Below the pieces are notes generated by a model that was not told where the DNA came from, searched no databases, and worked only from the letters and a program-made list of their open reading frames with translations. From Eledone cirrhosa (taxonomy: Eukaryota), in contig CAXHJY010000301.1 of assembly GCA_964016885.1 (NCBI GenBank), positions 124,001-188,000 of the forward strand: a stretch of DNA of 64,000 bases, given 5' to 3'. Of the stretch, positions 36,945 to 49,201 are shown piece by piece. Positions within the stretch are counted from its first letter, which is position 1. Every line of letters starts with the position of its first letter. The position numbers and the translations under genes are program-made.

Positions 36945-39551
36945 TATTTATTAAAATAACAGATTAAAGTTTAAGCAAAGAATCGCTGCTTTCACCCTTA
37001 ACGGGATCTTCTGAAACTAACAAAGTCAATCTGTAAACGCAGAACTGGATATTTCAAAAAACGTTGCAACCGGAGGAAGACAGGAAGGCGATACTTTGGT
37101 TCGTGGTAACGTTCACTGGCAAAGAACGGGAAAAAACGAATAATACGTCATTGATAGGAGCGGTGAAAAACAATTACGCGCAAAGACAGAACCACGTTTA
37201 TGGTATAAAAGAGGTCGTAGACTAATGTTCTCTTAGGTGGTGCATAGAGACGTTCTCTGGCAATAAATGAAAAAACGAAGAAATAAGTCATATGTGGAGC
37301 ATAGAGAACAATAGCACGCAAAGACAAAACCACGTAAATGGTATAGCAGAAGTCATAGACTAAAATTCTAACTAGGAGACCAAATGAATCTCCGCTACGG
37401 AGTTAAGAACAAAGTAAATAAATACAATACAGAAGTAATAGAAACAAATAAATACATACACGCAAACAGATACGTACATACACAAGCATACGCAAAACCT
37501 TACCATCCGTATACAAAACCACGCACATATAAATATGTGTGTGTGTGTGTGTGCTTGTGTACAAATAAATAAATAATTATATAAACGTATATAAGTAAAT
37601 AAATACGTATATAACAAGCGCACACGCATACCTACATATAAATACACGAATTTCGGAGACGTAAGTCAACTACAAGAGGTACACATATACACACACTCAC
37701 CATATGTACGAACCTGCATACTCACGCAGACGCAAAAATCCCGTATACACATAGCCAAACCCTAAATACCAGAATTATACGCCATAACAGTCAAATATAC
37801 GTACAAGAAGGTATATATACCTTCACAAAACATACGGGTAATATATACTTACCTATGCAAATAAGTAAAGGAATAAACAAAACATATACTTAGCTCCCAC
37901 ATCAAGATGTAAAATACCCACGTATAGATCGTGCTATCCGTTAGGGTATAACGTGGGGCTGTAATACAGGAAAGTTTTGTGCAATTTATGTTTACAAGCC
38001 GAAATTGCCTCAGATTTTTTGTTTAAGATGTGGTCTGTGGCATAGAGTATTTCCAGGGCCTCAGCGGCGCAGAGGTCACATGGTCTTTTATTTCCGTTAT
38101 ACGATCTAGCCCTAGCTAGGATCTCCCAGTGTAACTTATATTGGGTGCGGTTGTCTTTTAGACTCCAGATATAAGCTGAAAGTGACGTCATATTCCTTCT
38201 TAGAGGGTAACGAAAAGAATGGGTATGCATGTAAAGACGCTGCTTGAAACTATTGGCGGTTAACCCTATGTAGGCCCTACAGGACGTGGGTGTTACAACC
38301 TTACATTTGTAGACAATGTTACTAGAGAGGCATTTCCCGGATAGGGGGCAATCAACCCGATTCCTACAATTACAATTAGTACTAACTACAGGGTTGCACG
38401 TGTTCCTACGGCTAGGTAGTTTAGCTAAATTTGAAGCTGTGATGTTATGTGCAAGGTTAGGAGTCGTAGAGTAAGAAATTTTAATAGTATTTCTATTAAA
38501 AATTTTACTATATTTATGTGTAGGGGGAAAAATGCTTCGTAATAAGGGAAAGAAAGATCTTAGCTAATGGTGTGGCTACCTCCATATTATATGGTGGGTT
38601 AAACCAACAAATGCGACGGGATCTATTTCTTCTAGGTCTATTTTCGTACTCTGTATATGCTACCTTATCGACAAATCCACTTCGAGCAAGAGCTTCATTG
38701 TAATAAGTGGAATGGTCGTTGAAAATGCGCTCGTTGGTGGAAAGACGGGAGAGCCTCAACGAAACGTTTCTTACCAGGTTCTTGGTTATGCTGGCAGGAT
38801 GGTTGGAATGCTTACTTATGTAATTAAGCATATCATTCGGCTTTCTATACGGGTAATACAACCCATTCAATAAATTGAGGGTAACGTCGAGGTAATTAAC
38901 GACCGAGAGATTGGCCTCAACCTGTATAGAGAGGTTGAAGCCTTTGAAGAAGGCTGTGAGTTCTTTTCTGAACCTGTTGCAAGCACGAGGTCCGCACTTA
39001 GTCATGGTCAAAAGACCATCGTCACGGTACAAACCACCGCCCGCGTTGCGGAATTCGTCCTTGATAGAGAAAAGAAGGAAAAGGCCAATAAGATCAGTAA
39101 CCTCCGCAGAGTCACTGGCGCCCATACTCACGTCGAATGGGCTACTATTGGCTTTTTTAATCCAAATAGAGTCGTCGAAATTAATCACCGACTTTCGGGC
39201 ATTAAGGATGACATCAACTTCAAAATCCTTAACCACTGTGAGTGTTTTAGCGAAATTGATAGCTCTAAGGAGAAGTGGTAAAGTGATGGAGGAGTAGTAC
39301 TTGTTGATGTCGAATTGGATAAAACGGCAATGTTCCTTGTTACATATGCCGTTGAACCAATCAATCACCGCGAAAGAATTGTTCCACAGTGCGAGAGGGG
39401 CCAAACTTCTAATTTCAGGTATAATTCTATCAAGAATCGTTTTACTAAGTCTACCTAAATCGGACTTCGTAGGGTTAATAAGCCGAATAGAGGGGTTGTT
39501 CGGAAAATTAGATTTGTGATGGATTCTAGTCTTCAATTTTATTATTATTAC

Positions 39552-39553
<2 letters not shown>
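36945..39553 (-). mobile_element. Penelope-like element (family 5), 5'-truncated, RT plus GIY-YIG with about one frameshift
   Basis: IRLINPTKSDLG, FIQFDINKYY, MGASDSAE, GLYRDDGL, NYLDVTL, WFNPPY; after a frameshift near 38525, CNCR..CPL..CL..IVYKC..YIG..CDLC..CKH. About 1-kb 3' UTR. Confidence 0.93.
36969..37017 (-). ncRNA. Hammerhead ribozyme motif (variant core CAGAAGA)
   Basis: Minus strand GUUU-CAGAAGA-uCCC(guuaa)GGGu-GAA-AGCAG(cgauucu)UUGCU-U-AAAC. The same motif is at 21248-21295. Confidence 0.65.
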
Positions 39554-39591
<38 letters not shown>

Positions 39592-39595
39592 TATA

Positions 39596-39921
39596 TCATC
39601 ATCATCATCATTTTACGTCCGCTTTTCCCTGCTTGTAAGGGTGGGACGGGAAATGATTCTGGCTTGATTTCTACAGCTGGATGCCCTTCCTAACACCAAC
39701 CTCATTTACAGTGAGTGGTGGGTGCTTTTTTCCCGTAGCACCTCCACGACCACTTTGCAGTGGAATGATATGGACTCCAGTCGCTATCATCTCATTTCTA
39801 CAGCTGAGTAAACTGGAGCAATGTGAAATAAAGTGTCTTGCTGAAGGAAACAACACATCACCTGGTCTGAGAATTGAACTCACAACTTTTCGATTGCAAG
39901 GCCAATGCTCTAAGCCATGTG

Positions 39922-39925
<4 letters not shown>
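39596..39925 (-). mobile_element. tRNA-derived SINE
   Basis: Same family; small deletion in the head. Confidence 0.87.
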
Positions 39926-39974
<49 letters not shown>

Positions 39975-39978
<4 letters not shown>

Positions 39979-42900
39979 CTATCTAAGGCGGGTAAAATTC
40001 CCGAGATCCATGGACGAGTTCTCTCCAGCGGTCTCTGTCCCTCATTATCGCTGCCATGTCCTGCGTCTCCAACAGACCAGTGTCTGTCCTTAGGGCATCA
40101 ACATATGTTAACCTTGGTCTTCCTCTTCCAGTGTGTCCATGTAGGGGCTCCCAAAGGAGCACGGAGTGCAATGTCAACTCTGGATGTCGGTGAGCATGTC
40201 CAGCCAACCTCAGTCTCCTCTGTGTCACTTTTGAGCTGACTTTTGGGAGGCTCCCATACAGCTCTGAGTTTTTCATCCTCAGTGTATACTGATTAATGTT
40301 CAGAGCCATCCTCAGCATTCTCGTGTAGCACCCATCCACCATCTGAGTGAGTCTCTTGGTCAGTGTCCAAGTCTCAGACCCACACAGCAGCACAGACTCC
40401 ACTACAGCAATGAAGAGGCGGATTTTCAGGTCTCTACGAAGGTCCGACTTCCACACCGATCTCAAGCTGTGGCACGCCGCCCAGGCCTTGCTCTTCCTCT
40501 CAACCACATCATCTTCCGTATTCCCAATCTCTGCTCCCAAATACAGGAAGTCCTCAACCAATTCCAGCGGCTTCCCGCCTACATTAGTGATCCCCTCTGG
40601 CTTCTCAACATTCTCTACCAGATATTTTGTTTTAGTCTCATTCTCAGCCCCACACTCATCGACACAGTCTCAACCTCCCGCATCAAATCCTCTGCCTCCT
40701 TCACTGTATTTGTCACCAAAACTATGTCGTCGGCAAATTCAGCATCCGATACCTTTTTCGCCCCAACTCTCCTGCTCTGAGCCGGTGCTACAGTAAAGCC
40801 AGAGTCCTGGTGTTTCTCCAGTGCAAGGCGCATACAATAGTCCACTACGATGATAAAAAGGTAGGGAGCCAATGTATCTCCCTGGAGCACTCCAGCCAGT
40901 ATCTCAAAGAACTCTGTCATCCCATCAGGTGTAATGACTTGGGCTTTGGTGTTGGTGTAGAGCAGTGATATCAGGTCCACTATCCTCTTGGGGATTCCAT
41001 AAGCCCGCAAGATCTTCATCAGGCAGTAACGGTCCACAGAATCAAAGGCCTTCCTAAAGTCAATGAAAACCATGACCGCAGGAAGGCACTTTGCTCTAGC
41101 TCCCTCTAATATCCTCCTCAGCATCAGGATGTGACTGGTGGTTGATCTACCCTCTCTGAAGCCGTTCTGGTTGTCCCTGAGCTTCTTCTCCATCTCAGGC
41201 TGGATCCTGTTAAGAATCATCCTGTTGAGGGTCTTTGCCACAAGTGACGTCAGTGAGATCCCCCGGTAGTTGTTGGTGTTAGAGAGATCTCCCTTCTTTG
41301 GCACTGGGACGATGTTACTGATCCTCCACTGATTCGGGGCAACTCCTTTCTCCAGTGCCCCGTTACAGAACCCCAGGATGATATCATCAAAATCACACCA
41401 CTTCATCACCTCTGATGCTACTCCATCTTCTCCATGAGCCTTGCCCTCCTTGATCTTCTTCTTGGCTCTCTGAAGCTCCTCTCTGGTGAAGGACTCTGTC
41501 TCAACATCCAGTTCCTCAAACAGCCGCCTGATCTCCCCAGTGCTCTGGGCTGTGGAGGGTGGCTCTCCTAGTAGGGTCCTAAAATGGTCTAGCCATTTCC
41601 TCTTCCTATCCTCGGGCCCCGTTCCCTGGATCTGACTCGAACACCTTTTCTTCCTCCCTGTGATCTCGTTGATGATCATCCAGCTCTCCTTACATCCAGA
41701 TCTGTCAACCGCTCTCTCCACACTTCTGATCTTCTCTATCAGTGCCTCCTCTCTGACCTCAGTGTAAGCGGTACAGAGCTCTTCCCTCATCACCTCCACA
41801 GTCTCCATCCTCTCCTCCGTAGGATCAGCATAGAATTGGTCCCTGGCAGCTTTCAGGTGTTCTCTGGCTGCACACACTTTTGGGTCTGCAGAGCTGACGT
41901 GCTTCCCTTTGTTCTTTTTCCTCGGCACCAGGGTTTCACTTGCTTTCGCCACTGCATTGGTGAAGTGCCCGTACCTCCCCGTCACACTCTCCTCAGTCCA
42001 TCCAATCTCTCTCTCCTCTGACTCTCCACACAGAGCACTAAACCTGTTTCTCACTTCCACTGTGAACCTCTCCTGTAGCTTATCATCTTCCTTGAAAGCT
42101 CCCCAGTCATAGATTGTTCTCCGGGGCTGAGCCTTGCTCTTTCTTAAGCTCACGCGGACCTCACTCATAACAAGCCGGTGGTCACTACCCAGTGTACTGA
42201 AATAGCTGTATGGTTCCGTGTTCAGAACACTATTCCGCCACTTTTTCCTCACCAGAATGAAATCAATCTGGGACTTGGACAGGTGCATATCTGAGATGTA
42301 GGTCCACATCTTCCCCAGATTCTTCCTAAACCTTAGGTTGGTCGCCATCAAGTTCGCCTCCAGCAGGGTGTCTCTCAGTAGTCTTCCATTTCGGTTGGTG
42401 TTGTTATGGAAGTACCAGCAAGGATCTTCACTGCCCTCCTTACTCAGATGTGCATTGAAGTCCCCCAAAACAAGCAGGATATTGTGTGCCTGAGTGGTGT
42501 TGACAGCTCTACACACTTCCTCATGGAACTCCTCGGCATTCACATCACTGTCCCCCTCGGTTGGACTATAGGCTGAGATGACTGTCAGTCTTGGGTTTCC
42601 ATTGAAGGTCACCCTCAACACTCGCGGGGAGATAGGCATTATTTCCCTCACCAACAGATTGGTTTTTGCACTGAACACAAAACCCACTCCTCCTACTGCA
42701 GCATTTGTTGTGTTCTTCACTGCCGATGTAGTGATGAGCTGGCTCTTCCTCCCGATCATCACACTCCTCACGGGCTCATCGTGTAGAATCCTGTGTTCTT
42801 GGATCGCAAGTATCTGTATACCACTCTCCTCGAACAGATGTCCCAACTCCTCTCTCTTCTCCAGCGTTCGAATAGTCCTCACATTCAAAGTGCCCATTTT

Positions 42901-43045
42901 GATGGCTCCTCTGCAGGACAAAACTGCATTCTTTATATTTGTCTCAGAGACAGCTGATCCATCATCCACTGGCCCTCTCTGTGGCTCTAAGCCAGCAGAG
43001 TCATAACGACCAGGCTGCTCCTTGACAGTGTCATTAGGGGCTCTA
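39975..43045 (-). mobile_element. Near-intact RTE-group LINE of a distinct family (APE plus RT, no PHD finger)
   Basis: 784-aa ORF 40615-42969 (GTLNVRT, IQEHR, SAYSPT, GDFNAH, IDFILV, SDHRLV; PKKGD..NYRGISL, FIDFRKAFD, GVLQGDTLAP, FADD) and 192-aa ORF 39983-40561, separated by one frameshift. Confidence 0.95.
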
Positions 43046-43371
43046 ATATATATATATATCTTGATCGCTCATGAAATCCACCCAGATTATGCTGACCGGA
43101 TAACCATGTTGCTTGTTTATTTTCCTATCTTCGGTTTGCTTTTATCCTTCTATGTTGTTTACTGGTCTCACTCGCTTTGCGCGATTTACTTGTCACAATA
43201 GCTTTTTTTAGTTATTGCTCGCACCAACCTGAGGTATATGATTTTTAATGCGATGAAATATCAATGATGGTTGGCAAATCACTGACGAGGGACTAATTTT
43301 ATCATATGTAACCCATGTGCAACCACGCAGTATTCTTCTTTCTTCTCGTTTTATTTATATATATATATATA

Positions 43372-46300
43372 TATCATCATCATCATCATCATATCATTTA
43401 ACGTCCATCTTCCACGCTTGCATGGGTTTGGACGGGAGTTTTCCCACTTGGGGCAAGATTGGTTGTCTTGCTCGTATAGGACTGTCTGGCGGGTTTTCTA
43501 TGGCTGGATGCCCTTCCTAACACCAACCACGTTTACAGTGTGGACTGGGAGGTTTTTACCGTGTTACCTACGTGGCCACATTACAGCGTGGACTGTGTGT
43601 TTTTTTCTCGTGACACCTACACGATCTCATTTATTTCGGACCAACATAACTTTACATCGAGAGGGGTGGTGTGGATGGGAGTGGGGGTGGTGGGGCGGGG
43701 GTGTATTTTTGTTAGAGGTGCCTACTGACTGTAGGTTTCGCTTTGTACTTAGGCAAGGCGGGTCTTCTGTATTACTGTGTAGCGCCAAAGATCTCGGTCC
43801 AGTGACATTGTCTTGGAGAGGTGTAAGTGTGTGAGGTCGGAATTTATCAAGTCGTCCCAGGTTTTTCTGGGTCTGCCTACTCCGTGGCTATCGTCTATTT
43901 TTATCGCCCTGCACTTTTTTATACAGCTGTCGTCTTACATGCGCATCACGTGACCATACCAACGTAGTCTTCTTTCGAGTAAACAACATCTGATTCCTCT
44001 TATTCCTAATTTCTCCCTTAGTTCATTTATGCTTTGCCGTTCCTGTATATTACTATTACACATCCAACGGAGCATGCACGCTTTATTCCTCTCCAGTCTG
44101 CGTATATCCTCTGCACACAATGCCCAAGTCTCACTGCCATGTAACATTGCTGTTCGTATGCAGGCATCATACAGCCTGCCTTTCATTTGTAGAGAGAACC
44201 CTTTAGCGGCCAATAGTGGTATAAGCTCTCTGAACTTTTTCCATCCCGTTCTGACTCTAGCTATTGTACTTTCAGAGCACTCTCCACCACTGCTGATTTT
44301 GTCACCCAGGTAACGGAAGGTGTCCACTATTTCTATAGAACCATCTGTGCAATGGAATGAGCTAGTATTCTGTGGGCACTTGCTCCTACTTATTGCACCA
44401 GAGCACCGGCCACATATATAATCTATATTCTTAGTTAGCTTACCTGTGATCCCACTACATCTTTTATGCACCCATACTTTGCATTTCGGACATAAAATGG
44501 AGTTGCTGCCTACTCCTTTCCTACACACAGCATGGCCATCCCAGATGCGACCAGTGCCCTATTTTCCTTCCTACAAACTAGAACTTTAGTCTTAGACAGG
44601 TTAATTTTAAGGCCTTTTTATTCTAGGCCATGCTTCCATGTTTGGAATTTCTTCTCTAGTTCAGCCATTGAATCAGCTATGAGCGTTAGATCATCTGCGT
44701 ATAGAAGTTCCCATGGGCAGCCGGTCTTGAACTCCTCTGTTATAGCCTGAAGAGCAGTAATAAATAGTAGGGGGCTAAGGACGGAGCCCTGATGAACACC
44801 AACTTTTACGCTAAATTCTTCACTATATTCGTTGTTAATCCTAACCTTGCTGACTGTTTCTTTATAAATGGCTTGTATAGCTCTCACAAGCCATGCATCA
44901 ACACCTAGTTTTCTAAGGGCCCACCAGACAATCGAGCGGGGTACTCTGTCAAAGGCTTTCTCCAAGTCAACAAAAGCTAAGTATAGGGGTTTACTTTTAG
45001 CTAGGTACTTCTCCTGTAGTTGTCATACAATGAAAAGAGCGTCTGTTTTACTTTTACCTGACACAAACCCGAACTGCATTTCGTCTAGATCAATTCTCTC
45101 TCTGATTAGTTGCGCTATTACTTTTTCTGTGACCTTCATGACCTGGTCAATTAATTTAATGCCTCTATAGTTACCCCTATCTAGGGCATCTCCTTTACCC
45201 TTGTAGCAGTCAATGATGCTGCTGCTGCGCCAGTCCTTCGGAATGACCCCATTCTGTATGACTTGGTTTACTATCCGGGTGACCATAGTGTGTCCCACCG
45301 TTCCAGATGCTTTCAGCAACTATTTCCGAAGGCCCAGCCGCCTTGCCCGTCTTCATGTCTTTGATCACCTTACTTATTATACTACCTTCAACTTACACTG
45401 CTGGTCCCTCTATTGGATCGATGTGGGGGAGACTGTCTTTCTCCCAATTATTCTCCTCATTTAGTAGCCTTTCGTAGTGACACTTCCAAGCTACCTTCTT
45501 ATCAGCGTCAGTGATGGCAAGTACACCATCATCATTAAGGACACACTTCTCCCTGACAATATCACGGTTTTCCTTGACACATTGCCTAGCAATCCTGAAC
45601 ACCTCACGCTTTTGGTCCTCGCGTTGTAGAACATGCTTGAACTTTCTTTCCTCTGCTTCCCTTCTTGCGGAGTACACTTGTCTCCTAGCTTCCCTCCTGG
45701 CCACTTGATACTCTTCTCTACACCCCCCATCTCGCCATGCTCTCCAAGCCTGCTTTTTGGCCTTGATTGGCCCCTCCACCTTACTGTTCCACCACCACGT
45801 TACTCTCCTCCTGCCTATAGGCCTGCTCCAGCCACAGGTTTCATCTGTCGCCTTCAGCAGGTTTGCTTTCAGGAATTCCCACTGTTCCTCTATATTGTAC
45901 GACTCTAATTGCTCTTCCTTACTATCAAAAGCATCAAGTAATATGCTTTTAAATTTATTACTGGCTGTAGGGTCCTTTAGCTTCCATATTTTTCTCCTGA
46001 GGATAGTCCTCTTCTGTTGTTGAGTACGTCTCGTCCTGACTATGAGGTCGCTAATTATGAGTCTATGTTGAGAGGTGCATTCTTCATGGGGGAGGGATTT
46101 AGTGTTTACAACAGACACTCTATCACGTCTTCTGGTAAGGATATAATCTACCTGGCTGGTGTGTTCCACTGATCTGTAGGTGATCAAGTGATTGTCTCGT
46201 TTTTTGAAGTTAGTGTTACAGATAGTTAGGTTATTTGCGTCACAGAATTCCAGGATTCTGGAGCCTTCCTCATTTCTAGTACCAAACCCATAGCCCCCAT

Positions 46301-47170
46301 GGATTCCGTCATAGCTGTCACAATGTTGTCCAACGTGACCATTTAGGTCGCCAGCGATAACTATGTAGTCACTGTCTGTTATTTGGGAGGTAGTGAGCAT
46401 TAGCGACTTATAGAATCTGCTGTCTTTTATAACGCCAGGTAGTCCGGATTGTTGTGCATATGCAGATATTATTGTCACAGTAGTTCTATTTAGGACAAGT
46501 CTTATTTTAATTATTCTGTCGTTCACTCTATTTACGGCAATTACCTTATCTGCCCACTTTTCTGCTATCATGATTCCTACTCCACCCAGCCCATTGTCAT
46601 TTCCCATCCAGAAAAGCTTATAGCATCGTTCTTTACCCACAATGAATCTAGCAGACCCACCCCTCCACCTGGTCTCTTGAATACAGCAAACATCAACCTC
46701 CTTACATTCAAGCATCTCTACAACCTCGTTAGAGCGACCTTTTAAGGTACCTACATTCATGGTACCAACTCTGAAGTTTTGGATTGCATTTGGAGGGTGG
46801 GAATGGTGGGGCGCTGGGGGGGGGGGGGTGTTAGGGAGATGGGGTTATGTTAGCCATCCGCGGCCGAAATAAAGAGGAGGAGTCCTTGTATTCTCGTCTG
46901 GCAGCATGAGGTGAATTTGTATTTATCTTTGGCATTGTCACTGAGTGTCCAGATTTTTTCTTTTCAAACTCTCCAGAATTCCGTAGTCCATCCATCATAT
47001 CGAAAGGCAACCAGGTCTAAACTTAAGTGATAGCATAGGCCGCTGACTTATGATTGGCCCACGTAATAATAGTGGTGCGTGGGGGCGGGAGGGAGGGATA
47101 TGGGGTAGTTAACGAGAAGGTTAAGGTTTAAATAAGATCCTCGTACTTTGGGCATAATTTAACAAGCATA
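43372..47170 (-). mobile_element. RTE/BovB-like LINE, essentially full-length with several frameshifts and stops
   Basis: 455-aa APE ORF 45393-46760, RT fragments 44618-45319, PHD-like finger and C-terminus 43935-44528, 3' UTR and (TGA)n tail; 5' UTR resembles 6525-6870. Confidence 0.95.
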
Positions 47171-47239
47171 ATATATATATATATATATCTTTTGCTTGTA
47201 TGACACCTTCTAGTATTACCTGGTTAACAATATATATGC

Positions 47240-47306
<67 letters not shown>

Positions 47307-47310
47307 TATA

Positions 47311-49150
47311 TATTGTTAACCAGGTAATACTAGAAGGTGTCATACCAAACCAAAGATTGGTGCAGTAGCATCATTGTCAACTGCTACAAAGGTAAAGGCG
47401 ATGCACTAGATAGAGGAAACTATAGAGGTATAAAGCTGATGGACCAGGTCCTGAAAGTAACAGAAAGAGTTATAGCACAGTTGATTAGGGACCGGTTGAA
47501 ACTAGATGAGATGCAATTTGGGTTTGTACCAGGAAGAGGCACCACTGATGCCCTCTTCCTTGTGAGGCAGTTACAGGAAAAGTACCTAGCTAAAAGTAAG
47601 CCACTCTACCTGGCATTTGTCGACCTTGAGAAAGCCTTTGACAGAGTTCCACGTGCTGTAATCTGGTGGGCTCTTAGAAAACTAGGAGTAGATGAATGGC
47701 TTGTGAAAGCTGTACAAGCCATGTATAGGGGAGCAGTCAGCAAAGTTAGGATTAGCAATGAGTATAGCGAGGAATTTAGCGTACAGGTTGGGGTCCACCA
47801 GGGCTCTGTTCTTAGCCCTCTCCTGTTCATCATAGTCCTGCAGGCAATAACGGCGGAGTTTAAGACTGGATGCCCATGGGAACTCCTGTATGCAGATGAC
47901 CTCGCACTTATAGCTGAATCTATGGTAGAACTAGAGAAGAAATTCCAAACTTGGAAGCAGGGACTAGAAAGAAAGGGTCTCAAAGTCAACATGACAAAGA
48001 CTAAGGTCCTTGTAAGTAGACGAGAAAACAGAACCCAGATCCCCTCAGGGAAATGGCCTTGCTCAGTATGTAGGAAAGGTGTAGGTAGGAACTCCATTCT
48101 CTGCCCCAAAGCAAACAATTTGTATACAAGAAATGTAGCGGGATCTCAGGAAGCTTAATTAAGAATGTAGGCTTCACATATAGCAGCTGTGCTGGGACAG
48201 CAAGCAGCAAACAGCCACAGGAAACAAGTACCACCAATCTCTGGGAGGGCTCTGTAGAAACAGTAGACAGCTTCTGCTACCTAGGTGACCGAATTAGCAG
48301 CGGAGGTGGGTGTTCAGAAAGTACAATAACTAGAGTAAGAACGGGATGGAAGAAGTTCAGGGAACTACTGCCACTGCTAGCTGCAAAAGGCTTCTCCCTC
48401 AAAATGAAAGGCAGACTGTATGATGCGTGTATCCGAACAGTAATGTTACATGGTAGTGAGACCTGGGCGCTGAAGGTGGAAGACTTACGTAGATTAGAAA
48501 GAAACGAAGCCTGCATGCTGTAATAGTAATAGTAATATACGCGAACGGCAAAGCATTAATGAATTGAGAGAGAGGCTGAGCATCAGAGGAATCAAATGCT
48601 GTGTGCAGGAGAGGCGGTTGCATTGGTATGGACATGTGATGCGTATGAAGGATGACAGCTGTATAAAAAGGTGCAGAGCACTAGAAGTCAATGGAATCCG
48701 CGGATGGGGAAACCCAAGAAGACCTGGGATAAGGTGATAGGGGCCGACCTTACCCAGTTGCACCTCTCAAAGGCGATGACACACGACTGTGACCTCTGGT
48801 GTCACACAGTAATACAGAGTACCCGACCTCCCATGGGTACAAGCTGAAGCCTATAGACAATATGCCCCACACCCTCCCACTACAAAGTGGTCATGGAGTT
48901 GCCACAGCAAAAAAGCACCCAGCGCTCACTGTACAGTGGACGTGTAGGCGCCACGGAAAAAAAGCACCCAGCACTCACTGTAAATGAGGTTGGTGTTAGG
49001 AAGGGCATCCAGCTGTAGAAATCAAGCCAAAATCAGTTCCTGTATGAGCAAGGCTTGGTCAGCCAACCAGACACTGCCCACAACAGGACAACCCGTCTAA
49101 CCCATGCTAGCATGGAAGAACAGACGTAAAACGATGATGATGATGCTGAT
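47311..49150 (+). mobile_element. RTE/BovB-like LINE, 5'-truncated
   Basis: ORF 47337-48158 with complete RT motifs; (TGA)n tail. Confidence 0.95.
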
Positions 49151-49151
49151 G

Positions 49152-49197
<46 letters not shown>

Positions 49198-49201
<4 letters not shown>

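Noticed and set aside
43275-43330. CTGACGA motif as a hammerhead
   Set aside because: No downstream GAAA or stem III; the 43050-43350 segment remains unclassified.
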